64,000 bases of DNA from an uncultured delta proteobacterium. GTDB lineage: Bacteria; Myxococcota; UBA727; VGSZ01. The position numbers were made by a program, and so were the translations under genes. Positions within the stretch are counted from its first letter, which is position 1, and every line of letters begins with the position of its first letter. Positions 9,915-18,704 of the stretch are shown piece after piece. The notes under the pieces are model-generated. The model had not been told where the DNA came from. It ran no database searches and saw only the letters and a program-made list of their open reading frames with translations. Location of the stretch: contig CAVZJB010000004.1 of assembly GCA_963775425.1 (NCBI GenBank), positions 448,001-512,000 on the forward strand, read 5' to 3'.

Positions 9915-10568
9915 TTGAAGCGTCTCGACGAGACCGTGCACGCCATGGAGGCCATCGTCGCCGACGTCAAGGCGGGCCTGCTCCCGCGGGACTACGGCTT
10001 TTTCGCGCTCTGCTCGCTGCGCTTCGTCGTCGACCTGGTGCAACACCTCGAGGACGGCGGCTTCCACGACCCCGCCTGGATCCGCGGCCTCGCCCTCGAC
10101 GCCGACCAGCGCTACGTCGACGGCGTGCGCAACGCTCCCGGTGCACGCCCCGGCCCGTGGAAGCTCGCGTTCGACGTGGCGGCGCGCGGCGAGGGAAAGC
10201 CGGTGAAGAACCTGCTCCTCGGGATCAACGCGCACATCATGTACGACCTGGTCGTCACGCTCTCCACGAGCATCGTGCCCGCGCGCCGGGCGCAGCAGCT
10301 CGCGGACTTCCTGCGGCTGAACGACATCATCCGGGGCGCCGTCGACGGCGTGCAGAACGAGCTCGAGGACGGCGGCCCCGAGTGGCTCCTCGACGCCGAC
10401 ATCGCCTTCGGGCGCCTCGACGAGGGCGCGGTATGGGGCACCTTCAAGCTCACGCGCAGCGCGGCGTTCGACGAAGCCGAGCGCCTCCAGGCGGGGCAGC
10501 TCAGCCGCGGCGACGTCGAGCGTCGCGCCCTGCGCATCGGCCGCGCCCTGGCCCTCTTGCCGGTGTGA
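9915..10568 (+). CDS. DUF5995-like hypothetical protein
   Basis: F.DPAWI, W..AF, LLLGINAHIMYDL motifs; TTG start after GAGGA (alternative ATG 9945). Confidence 0.7.
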   Translation: MKRLDETVHAMEAIVADVKAGLLPRDYGFFALCSLRFVVDLVQHLEDGGFHDPAWIRGLALDADQRYVDGVRNAPGARPGPWKLAFDVAARGEGKPVKNLLLGINAHIMYDLVVTLSTSIVPARRAQQLADFLRLNDIIRGAVDGVQNELEDGGPEWLLDADIAFGRLDEGAVWGTFKLTRSAAFDEAERLQAGQLSRGDVERRALRIGRALALLPV

Positions 10569-10602
10569 CGAGCGGACCCACGACGGACGGTGCGCCGCGA
10601 GG

Positions 10603-12966
10603 CTATGGCCCGGGGTCCCAGGCGCCGTTCGGCATCGACGACGGCTCGATGCGGGGGCCCTTGATGTCGGCGAGGCCGCCGGCGCGGATGGCCTCGACGA
10701 CGCCGGCGGCGGACTGGAGGCCGGAGACGACGGCGGCCTCCATGGCCTGCACGTTGACGCCGTTGCGCGTCCAGTCGCCGCAGCACCACAGGCCGCCGAC
10801 GTCGAGCTCGTAGCGCGCGTGCGGACGGAGCGCGTACAGGCGGGGCTCGGCGGAGAAGAACCGGGTCTCCGCCTGGCAGCTCCGCGAAAACACCCACTTG
10901 ATGGGTGCGGGCTCGCCTCGCCCGACCTTGTTCGCCACGTCCTTCAGGTGCTCGACGACGTCCTCGCCGAGCGCCGGCATGGCGGCGATGTGCCGAAGCG
11001 TCTGCTCGACCACCAGCGGCCCGACCTCGTGCACCCAGCGCGCGAAGTACGCCGCGCGCGCCGCCGGCTTCACCTGACCGAACACGGGCGGCGACAGCGA
11101 GCCGGGCGCGCCGACGTCGAACGCCCAGGCGCGCTCGTCGACGGACCAGGGCTCGAGCTCCATCGGATCGTGCGCCAGTTGCGCCAGCACGTGCTGTACG
11201 CCCACCGGCCACTGGACCCGCCCGGGCGCGGCCTTGTCGTCGTGGGTGAACACGTCGGCCCACGCGCCCACGAGCTCCCACGCCGTCCCGTCGAACGGCC
11301 CCGTCGACGACGCGTCGAGGCGGATGGCTTCGAAGCTCGGCGCGTGCCACGCGCGGCGCAGGTCGACGAGGATGGTGAACAGCCCCTCGAGGTTGGAGAT
11401 CGAAAGCGGCCTGCTCTCGACGGCGTTCGGCGGATCCACGAACGGGAGCGCGAGCTTCTTGTCGAAGAAGAGCTGAAGGTTCACCGTCTCGTTCGCGTAC
11501 GGCGCGAGCAGCCCCAGCCGGCGCCGCAGCTCGCTTCGCGGCAGGAGACGCTTCAAGCACGCGGGCAAGAGCGACGAGACCACGACGTCGGCGGCGAGCG
11601 TGGCGGAGGTGGCTCCCTTGTCGACGGGATCCACCATCGACACCGGGCGCTTCTCACGCCCGGCGTGCGTGGTCACCTCGACGCTGTGGACGCGCCCGGC
11701 GGCGACGTGGATCTGCTTGGCCCACGTGCCCGTGCGAATCACCACCGGTACGCCCTGGGCCGCGCGGTCCTCGATGCGCTGCTTGACGTCGTCCCACACG
11801 GCTTGCGCGTCGTCACCGTCGAAGACCTGGAGCTTGGCGGTCTGAAAGCTCCGGTGCCCGAGCTGCACGTCGCGCAGCGCGCTCGCGAGGTCGAAGGCGT
11901 ACGGCGAGGAGAACGCGGCCTTGTACACGTTCTTCACGTACGGCGACGTGCGGGGATCGTAGTCGAGCGCGGTATCGAGGATCACCCGGGCGTCGCGCAG
12001 GATGAGCCTGAACAGCTCGACGATGGCGCGCTGGGTGTCGCTGAGCCCGCCACCGACGAGCCCTTCGAACAAGCCGGTCACCTTCTCCCCGAGCGAGAGG
12101 GCGAGGTCGCGGATGCCGATGAGGATGCCGTCGACGGCGGCGATGGAGGTGGGACCGTGATCGGGCGCCAGCACCGGTGACAGCGCCGCGTGCGCGTTCT
12201 TCAAGCGCTCGACGACCACGGACTGCCAAAACGGCTTCAAGAGCTCGCTGACCTCGACGTCTTGCGGCGGCCGCCCACCGAGGAGCGCGCGCAGCTCCGC
12301 GCTCACCTCCACCTGTCCGAGCTGCGTGGCGAAGGCCGGGCCGAAAAAGAGGCCCCAGCGCAGGATCGGGCTCAGGTGCTCCTCGTCGAAGAGGATGTCG
12401 AGGAAGGACAGCCAGTCGTCGACCTCGACGTCGCGCACCAGGGTGCGGCGCACGAAGGCCTCGAGGGCGCCCACGAACGCGTCGCCGCGCTTGAAGGCGT
12501 GCAGGATCGCCCGCGCGCGGGGATCCCACGCGAGGTCGGGCTCCTGCGGATCGCAGACGTGGAGCGCGGTGATGCGGCCGGGCTCGTGCCACTCGCCGGG
12601 CACGTCGGGGGGCGCGAGCCAGGCGCAGTACGTCGACGTCGGCCGCGCCGGCGAGAAGCGCGCGCTGCTGTCGCGGGTGAAGCGGAGGAAGTGCCGGTAG
12701 CTGTGCCAGGTGAAGTGGATGCCGTGCGGCGTGTGCGCCGCGTGGGGGCGGTGCGGGTGCTCCTGCGGGTCGACGGCGCCGACGTCCCAACTGGTGGCGC
12801 GGCCGCCGACCTGGTCCTCGCCCTCGACGAGCGTCACCTGCATCCCCGCCGGCAACGTGCCCGCGCGCGCGTACGGCAGGAGCGCCTCGCTCACGGCGTC
12901 GGCGGCGGCGAGACCGGCGAGGCCGCCGCCGAGGATGACGATGTTCTTGGGCCCGCTGTAGGTCAT
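10603..12966 (-). CDS. FAD-dependent oxidoreductase, amine oxidase/carotenoid desaturase-like fold
   Basis: IVILGGGLAGLAAA, VE...VGGRATSW, HGIHF, C-terminal CGDWT...MEAAVVSGLQSA. Confidence 0.8.
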   Translation of the reverse strand: MTYSGPKNIVILGGGLAGLAAADAVSEALLPYARAGTLPAGMQVTLVEGEDQVGGRATSWDVGAVDPQEHPHRPHAAHTPHGIHFTWHSYRHFLRFTRDSSARFSPARPTSTYCAWLAPPDVPGEWHEPGRITALHVCDPQEPDLAWDPRARAILHAFKRGDAFVGALEAFVRRTLVRDVEVDDWLSFLDILFDEEHLSPILRWGLFFGPAFATQLGQVEVSAELRALLGGRPPQDVEVSELLKPFWQSVVVERLKNAHAALSPVLAPDHGPTSIAAVDGILIGIRDLALSLGEKVTGLFEGLVGGGLSDTQRAIVELFRLILRDARVILDTALDYDPRTSPYVKNVYKAAFSSPYAFDLASALRDVQLGHRSFQTAKLQVFDGDDAQAVWDDVKQRIEDRAAQGVPVVIRTGTWAKQIHVAAGRVHSVEVTTHAGREKRPVSMVDPVDKGATSATLAADVVVSSLLPACLKRLLPRSELRRRLGLLAPYANETVNLQLFFDKKLALPFVDPPNAVESRPLSISNLEGLFTILVDLRRAWHAPSFEAIRLDASSTGPFDGTAWELVGAWADVFTHDDKAAPGRVQWPVGVQHVLAQLAHDPMELEPWSVDERAWAFDVGAPGSLSPPVFGQVKPAARAAYFARWVHEVGPLVVEQTLRHIAAMPALGEDVVEHLKDVANKVGRGEPAPIKWVFSRSCQAETRFFSAEPRLYALRPHARYELDVGGLWCCGDWTRNGVNVQAMEAAVVSGLQSAAGVVEAIRAGGLADIKGPRIEPSSMPNGAWDPGP

Positions 12967-13005
12967 GGGCGCGATTACCCTGCGGCCGAACGAGGCGCGA
13001 CCGGG

Positions 13006-13038
13006 GATCAAGCGACCGGAGGAGCGCCGCGCCAATCA
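13006..13038 (-). repeat. Degenerate monomer of the 30-bp hairpin repeat
   Basis: Minus strand TGATTGGCGCGGCGCTCCTCCGGTCGCTTGATC aligns with the array unit and begins at the esterase TGA stop. Confidence 0.6.
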
Positions 13039-14169
13039 GTTGAGCATCTGGCACCAGGACGGCGCCAGGGCGGGCAGGCCCGTGTCGTGCCAGGGGGAGG
13101 CGCCCGCGGGGACGCTCATCGGGTGGTCGAGCATGAACTGCCAGAGGAACGCGAACTTCGTGACGCCCGGCGGAGGCTCGATGGGCGGCACGGCGTGTCC
13201 CTGGTCGTGGATGCACTGCACCACGAAGTGGCCGTCGGCGAGGAGGGCGTCTTTGTAGGCGATGCTCGCGTCCTTGAAGGAGATGCCGAGCCAGTCGTGG
13301 TCGCCGCCCCACAGGACGATGGCGGGGAACTTGTTGGGCTGCGGCTGGTAGCTCATCGACCAGCCCGTGCCACTGACCTCGAGCGAGCCGAGGCCCCCGG
13401 AGAGGCTCTCGACGGCCGCGAAGTGGTCGGCGCGTTCGGTGGTGGAGACGTACGTGACCCACAGGCCGCCGGCGCTGACGCCGATGCCATAGATGCGTTG
13501 GGGGTCGATGTTGAAGTTCTCGTTCACGCAACTGAGCATGTCGTCGAAGAACGTGAGCTCCTTGTCCGCGCCCCAGGACTCCGCGAACGGCCAATCGAAC
13601 TGATAGGCCTTGTCGCCGTTGTCCTTCCGGAGCTTCTCGGGGAGCACGATGATGAACGGGAACTGTTGGACCGCGCTCTCGAGCTCGCCCTGCGAGATGA
13701 AGGAGTTGGCGTCGGCGTTCAGCCAGTGCCACGCGAACATCAAGGGGTACGGCTGCGTGCCGTCGTAGGAGTCGGGCACCAAAAGGCGGAACGCGCGGGT
13801 GTCCTCCGTGGACGGGAAGTCGTCGACGAGCGAGCTCGCCGAGGTCGGCCCGCCGACGAGCACCGGGCAGGCCCCGTGGGAGTACGGCGGCATCGGCGGC
13901 GGCGTGCGCGCGCCGGGCTCGGGCTCGCCCTCTCCCTCTCCCTCTCCCTCGCCTTCACCCTCGCCCTCGCCCTCGCCTTCGCCCTCTCCCTCGCCTTCAC
14001 CCTCGCCGGCGTCGCCTTCTCCGGCGACGACGTCTCCCTCGCCCTCCCCTTCGGCGGCGACGTCGCCCTCGCCCTCGCCGGCGGCGATCGGGCCGGCGCC
14101 GTCGGGGGCGCACCCTCCGAACGCGAGGGTGACGACGAACGCGGCGAGGGGAGCACACGAGGAGCGCAT
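13036..14169 (-). CDS. Lipoprotein alpha/beta-hydrolase (PHB depolymerase/esterase-like) with Gly-Glu linker
   Basis: Lipobox-like FGGC, (GE)n linker, PLMFAWH, IDPQRIYGIGVSAGG nucleophile elbow, later Asp and GHAVP His. Confidence 0.8.
   Translation of the reverse strand: MRSSCAPLAAFVVTLAFGGCAPDGAGPIAAGEGEGDVAAEGEGEGDVVAGEGDAGEGEGEGEGEGEGEGEGEGEGEGEGEGEPEPGARTPPPMPPYSHGACPVLVGGPTSASSLVDDFPSTEDTRAFRLLVPDSYDGTQPYPLMFAWHWLNADANSFISQGELESAVQQFPFIIVLPEKLRKDNGDKAYQFDWPFAESWGADKELTFFDDMLSCVNENFNIDPQRIYGIGVSAGGLWVTYVSTTERADHFAAVESLSGGLGSLEVSGTGWSMSYQPQPNKFPAIVLWGGDHDWLGISFKDASIAYKDALLADGHFVVQCIHDQGHAVPPIEPPPGVTKFAFLWQFMLDHPMSVPAGASPWHDTGLPALAPSWCQMLN
13923..14080 (-). repeat. Coding 6-bp microsatellite-like repeat encoding (GE)n
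   Basis: tcgccc/tctccc/tcaccc units on + strand. Confidence 0.9.
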
Positions 14170-14264
14170 GAGGCGCCTCCTGCCACGGCCACCCCCGCGT
14201 CGAAACCGTGGGTCCTCCCGCCGACGTCGGTCGAATGCCCGACGTTCCCCGAAGGGCGCGCGGG

Positions 14265-14847
14265 TCACTCGTGCCGCAGGGCCTCGATGGGGTCGAGCCG
14301 GGACGCGCGCCAGGCCGGGTAGAAGCCGAAGACCACGCCGACCGTGGCCGCCGCCGCGAAGCCACCAGCAGCCCGGCGGGCGAGGGGGACACGGGCCACT
14401 TCACGAACCGAAACGAGGATCACGTTCATGATGCCGATGCCGCCGACGACCAGCGAGCAGGAGCGCGAGCGTGTCGCTCGCCTGCACGCGGGCTTTCAGG
14501 ATCTCGTCGGGGCGGCGGATGTTGAAGTCGTCCTCGCGCCCGGGCTCGATGTGGTGGCGCTCCCGCATGAGCGCGGTGACCGCGACCGCGTCCTGCACCG
14601 TGAGCGATGTGGTGCCATGAGCGCCGGTGCGGACCCCGTTGATGTTGCGGCCGCCGGCCTCGATCCAGACCAGGTTGTCCCCCAGATCCGCGAGCGCGGC
14701 GAGCGCGCTGTCCGAGCCGGCCTTGCCCACCGCGACGACGAGCACCACGGCGGCGACGCCGACGGCGATGCCGAGCGACGTCAGGACGCTGCGCAGGAGG
14801 TTCCGCCAGAGCGCGCGGGCGGCCTCGAGAGCGAGCCAGAGGGCCAT
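14265..14847 (-). pseudogene. Internally deleted, frameshifted MacB/FtsX-type ABC permease remnant
   Basis: RSVLTSLGIAVGVAAVV, RHHI...DDFNIR, then in other frames [16 protein letters not shown] and [25 protein letters not shown]; only about 580 bp. Confidence 0.85.
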
Positions 14848-14909
14848 GCCCGACCGATACCCCGGACATGCCCTTGCGGTAGGGGGCCGACACGGCTAGC
14901 ACCCGCCGC

Positions 14910-15305
14910 ATGGGTGAAATTGTCCAATCCCTCGTCGCTCAGGCGAGCGGGGGACCCGACCTCATGCAGATCGCGCTGTTCATCGTTCCGATGTTCGCGA
15001 TCATGTACTTCCTCATGATCCGCCCCGAGAGGAAGAAGCAGGCCGATGCCCAGGCCCTGCTCTCCTCGCTCAAGAAGGGCGACGACGTCGTCCTCACGAG
15101 CGGCGTCTTCGGCAAGATCCAGGCTGTCGATGACAAGACCGTGGTCGTCGAGGTCGCCGACAAGGTGCGCCTCAAGGTGCTGAAGCAGGCGGTCATGGGG
15201 CCGTCCGCCCGTTACCTCCAGACGGCGGCGGACCCCAAGAAGCTCGAAGACAAAAAATCGGAAGCGAAGCCCGCCGAAGAGGCGAGCGACAAGAAGAGCG
15301 CATAA
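14910..15305 (+). CDS. yajC: Preprotein translocase subunit YajC
   Basis: MYFLMIRPERKK...LKKGDDVVLTSGVFGKI; immediately upstream of secD. Confidence 0.95.
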   Translation: MGEIVQSLVAQASGGPDLMQIALFIVPMFAIMYFLMIRPERKKQADAQALLSSLKKGDDVVLTSGVFGKIQAVDDKTVVVEVADKVRLKVLKQAVMGPSARYLQTAADPKKLEDKKSEAKPAEEASDKKSA

Positions 15306-15307
15306 AC

Positions 15308-17107
15308 ATGCAGCAGAACACGTGGCTCATCCGCCTCCTCTTCACGATCGGCGTGCTCGCGCTCGCGGGCTACCTGCTCGTGCCCACGTTCATCTACTTC
15401 AGCCTCGACGACAAAGAGCTCGCCGAGGTGCAGAAGGACTCGGCGGCGTTCAAGAAGCACATCCCGTCGTGGTCACAGGACAGCCACATCGTGCCCGGCC
15501 TCGACCTGCAGGGCGGCGTGCACATGGTGCTCGGCGTCGACCTCGACAAGGCCATCAGCGACAAGGCGCGCCGCATCGCCAGCCGCCTGCGCGACGAGCT
15601 CACCGAGAAGCACGTCGAGTTCATCAGCGTCGAGCACCTCGCCGACGTCGGCAAGGGTGACCGCGTCGAGGTGAAGTTCAAGAACGCCGACGCGCTCAAG
15701 ACCTTCGACGACGACCTCAGCGCCCGCTACGCGGACCTCGCCGAGATCTCGCGCGACCGGGACACGTTCACCGTCCTGTTCCGCGTGCACCCCGACTGGG
15801 TGAAGAAGATCAAGAACGACGCGGTCGACCAGACCATCAAGACCATCTCCAACCGCATCGACAAGATGCACGTCACGGAGCCGTCCATCACCAAGCGCGG
15901 CAGCGATCAGGTGCAGGTGCAGCTCCCCGGCTACACCAACCCCGAGGAGGCCAAGAGCCTCATCGGCCGCACGGCGCAGCTCGAATTCCAGATGTGTGAC
16001 GACACCAACGACTTCCTCACCAAGCTCACGGACCTGCCGCCCTGGGCGAAGCTCAAGAACACGGGCTTCCAGAGCAAGCACGGCGACTACGTCAAGGACA
16101 TCTACCTCGACTTCCCCGAGGACCACGTCAAGGAGATGCGGCAGTACCTCCAGGGCAAGGTGCCGCAGGGCCTCGAGGTCAAGTTCCACCACCTCGACGC
16201 GCGCGCGGGCGAGCCCAAGATGATGCGCACCTATACGCTCAACTCGGACGTCGAGCTCACCGGCGACGACCTCGTCAACGCACAGGTGTCCATGGGCTCC
16301 CCGGAGAACCCGCAGCCCTACGTCACGCTGGAGTACTCGCCGACGGGCAGGCAAATCTTCGCCGACCTCACCACCAAGAGCGTGGGCAAGCGCATGGCCA
16401 TCGTCCTCGAGGACATCGTGGACTCGGCCCCCGTCATCAACGAGCCCATCACCGGCGGCTCCGCGCAGATCACCATGGGCGGCTCTCGCACGCGCGAGGA
16501 GGCCCTGCACGACGCCAACGATCTCGCGCTGGTCTTGAAGGCGGGCGCCCTGCCCGCCCCCGTGACCTTCCGCGAGGAGCGCTCCGTCGGCGCCACCCTC
16601 GGCAAGGACGCGCTGCAGCAGGCCAAGTGGGCCTGCCTCGTCGGCGCCATCCTCGTCACGGTGTTCATGCTGTTCGTCTACCGGCTCGGCGGTCTCTTCG
16701 CGATGATCGCGGCCTTCCTCAACATCTTCCTGGTGCTCGCGGCGCTGTCGTTCTTCAACGGCTCGCTGTCGCTGCCGGGCATCGCCGGCCTGCTGCTCAC
16801 CGTCGGCATGGCCGTGGACGCAAACGTCATCATCAACGAACGCATACGCGAGGAATTCCTCGCAGGAAAAACGGCGCGAGCGTCCGTGGAGGCGGGCTAC
16901 GCGTCGGCGTTCACCGCCATCCTCGACAGCAACGTCTCCGCGTTCCTCGCGGGCCTCGTCCTGCTCGAGTTCGGGTCGGGCCCCGTCCAGAACTTCGCGA
17001 CCACGCTGCTCATCGGCATCGTGTCCACCATGTTCACCGCGGTGTTCGTGACCCGCATCTTCTTCGACATCTACACACTGAAGGACCGTGAGCGCTTGCT
17101 CATCTGA
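15308..17107 (+). CDS. secD: Protein translocase subunit SecD
   Basis: GLDLQGG, VQLPG, IGRTAQLEF, SAPVINEPI, LKAGALPAP, GMAVDANVIINERIREE. Confidence 0.97.
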   Translation: MQQNTWLIRLLFTIGVLALAGYLLVPTFIYFSLDDKELAEVQKDSAAFKKHIPSWSQDSHIVPGLDLQGGVHMVLGVDLDKAISDKARRIASRLRDELTEKHVEFISVEHLADVGKGDRVEVKFKNADALKTFDDDLSARYADLAEISRDRDTFTVLFRVHPDWVKKIKNDAVDQTIKTISNRIDKMHVTEPSITKRGSDQVQVQLPGYTNPEEAKSLIGRTAQLEFQMCDDTNDFLTKLTDLPPWAKLKNTGFQSKHGDYVKDIYLDFPEDHVKEMRQYLQGKVPQGLEVKFHHLDARAGEPKMMRTYTLNSDVELTGDDLVNAQVSMGSPENPQPYVTLEYSPTGRQIFADLTTKSVGKRMAIVLEDIVDSAPVINEPITGGSAQITMGGSRTREEALHDANDLALVLKAGALPAPVTFREERSVGATLGKDALQQAKWACLVGAILVTVFMLFVYRLGGLFAMIAAFLNIFLVLAALSFFNGSLSLPGIAGLLLTVGMAVDANVIINERIREEFLAGKTARASVEAGYASAFTAILDSNVSAFLAGLVLLEFGSGPVQNFATTLLIGIVSTMFTAVFVTRIFFDIYTLKDRERLLI

Positions 17108-17114
17108 GGCACCC

Positions 17115-18395
17115 ATGCAGTTCTTCCATCTCTTCGACAACACCAAAGAGCGCGACCTCGTCGGCCGGGGGCGCTACTTCGTCCTCGTCGGCTTCATCTT
17201 CGCCACGGCCATGACCATCGGCATGATCTTCCCAGGCATCAACTGGGGCATCGACTTCGCCGGCGGCATGGAGATGCAGGTGAAGTTCGGCAAGCCGGTG
17301 AAGGCGGAGGAGATCCGCCACGCCCTCGTCGACCTCGGCTTCCACAAGCACCAGGTGCAGAGCTACGGCGCCACGGAGAACAACGAGTGGCTCGTGCGCG
17401 TCGAGCGCGTGAGCTCGCTGACGCCCGAGGCCATCAAGGGCGCCGAGACGGCCATCGAGAAGGAGCTCGGCGTCGACACCACCGTCGAGTTCAACCCGCA
17501 GGAGGGCGACCGCTTCCATCTGACGGTGCCGTTCAAGGGGAACCCCGAGGACATCAAGGCGCAGCAGAAGGCGCTCGACGCCATGCAGGCCACCATCGGC
17601 GACGCCGTCGAGAAGCACACGGACCTGCGGCTGCGCCGCACCACCACCAAGGACGGCACGGAGTCCACCATGGACGCCATCGTCCGCGACGAGCCGTACC
17701 AGGGGAAGGTGAAGTTCCTCGTGCAGCTGCAGGGCATCTCCGACAAGGTGTCGAAGGCCCTGTCGGCCAAGTTCGGCAACGTCGAGGTGCGCCGCGTGGA
17801 CTTCGTCGACGCCACCGTGGCGCAGGAGCTGAAGACCGACGGCCTCGTCGCGCTCATGCTCACGCTCGCGCTCATCCTCGCCTACGTGGCCATCCGCTTC
17901 GACTTGTTCTTCGCCCCCGGCGCCGTGATCGCGCTGCTCCACGACCCTCTGGGCGCGCTCGCCGTGTACGTCATCGGCCGCATGGAGTTCGATCTCCCGT
18001 CGGTGGCGGCGCTGTTGACCACCGTCGGCTACTCCATCTCCCACACCATCGTCATCTACGATCGCGTGCGCGAGACCATGCCGCCGGAGCCACCCGGCGG
18101 CCACTCGTTCGAGACCGTGAAGAAGGTCGTGAACAAGGCCGTGAGCGACACGCTCAACCGCACCATCAACACCACCATCACGGTGCTCTTCACCACCGTG
18201 TCCGTCTGGGTGTTCGCCGGCGGCTCGGTGCGCGCCTTCGCCGCCTGCCTCACCGTCGGCTGCGTCATCGGTGCCTACTCGTCCATCTTCATGGCGCCCA
18301 CGATCTACCTGTGGTTCCGCAAGAACTTCTACAAGCCCCCCGAGCGCAACCGCCGCGGCATCACGCGAGAAGATCGCGCCCGCGGCGTCGTGTGA
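17115..18395 (+). CDS. secF: Protein translocase subunit SecF
   Basis: GIDFAGG, YVAIRF, ALLHD, AALLTTVGYS, TIVIYDRVRE, RTINT, GAYSSIF. Confidence 0.96.
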   Translation: MQFFHLFDNTKERDLVGRGRYFVLVGFIFATAMTIGMIFPGINWGIDFAGGMEMQVKFGKPVKAEEIRHALVDLGFHKHQVQSYGATENNEWLVRVERVSSLTPEAIKGAETAIEKELGVDTTVEFNPQEGDRFHLTVPFKGNPEDIKAQQKALDAMQATIGDAVEKHTDLRLRRTTTKDGTESTMDAIVRDEPYQGKVKFLVQLQGISDKVSKALSAKFGNVEVRRVDFVDATVAQELKTDGLVALMLTLALILAYVAIRFDLFFAPGAVIALLHDPLGALAVYVIGRMEFDLPSVAALLTTVGYSISHTIVIYDRVRETMPPEPPGGHSFETVKKVVNKAVSDTLNRTINTTITVLFTTVSVWVFAGGSVRAFAACLTVGCVIGAYSSIFMAPTIYLWFRKNFYKPPERNRRGITREDRARGVV

Positions 18396-18578
18396 TCCGC
18401 GCGGCCGCTCCCTGCGGTCGCTGATCGCTGATCACGCGCGGCCGCTCCCTCCGGTCGCTGATCGCTGATCACGCGCGGCCGCTCCCTCCGGTCGCTGATC
18501 ACGCGCGGCCGCTCCCTCCGGTCGCTGATCACGCGCGGCCGCTCCCTCCGGTCGCTGATCACGCGCGGCCGCTCCCTC
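18394..18578 (+). repeat. Tandem array of 30-bp unit GATCACGCGCGGCCGCTCCCTCCGGTCGCT (REP-like)
   Basis: Degenerate unit 18394-18422; exact units 18430-18459, 18467-18496, 18497-18526, 18527-18556; partial 18557-18578; two 7-bp GATCGCT inserts. Confidence 0.97.
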
Positions 18579-18668
18579 ATCAGCGCGAGCTGGGCGCGAC
18601 CGCAGCGCTGCAAGAGCTTGTCCCACATCGGCGCATAGGGCGACGCTGGCGTCGGCCGTTGGGACCCG

Positions 18669-18677
18669 TGCTAGTGT
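18669..18677 (+). promoter_or_regulatory. Putative extended -10 (TGCTAGTGT) for the tolQ-like operon
   Basis: TGnTAnnnT match; GGAG SD at 18696-18699 before ATG 18705. Confidence 0.45.
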
Positions 18678-18704
18678 CCCCCCGGTCTGTCTGCCGGAGA
18701 CTGA

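Noticed and set aside
18394-18578. CRISPR array (also considered for 61822-61927)
   Set aside because: Units are directly adjacent with no unique spacers, and there are no cas genes in the window
18329-18628. Small ORF of repeated ERPRVISDRR peptides
   Set aside because: Artefact of a 30-bp repeat lacking stops in that frame; antisense to flanking genes with no other coding evidence
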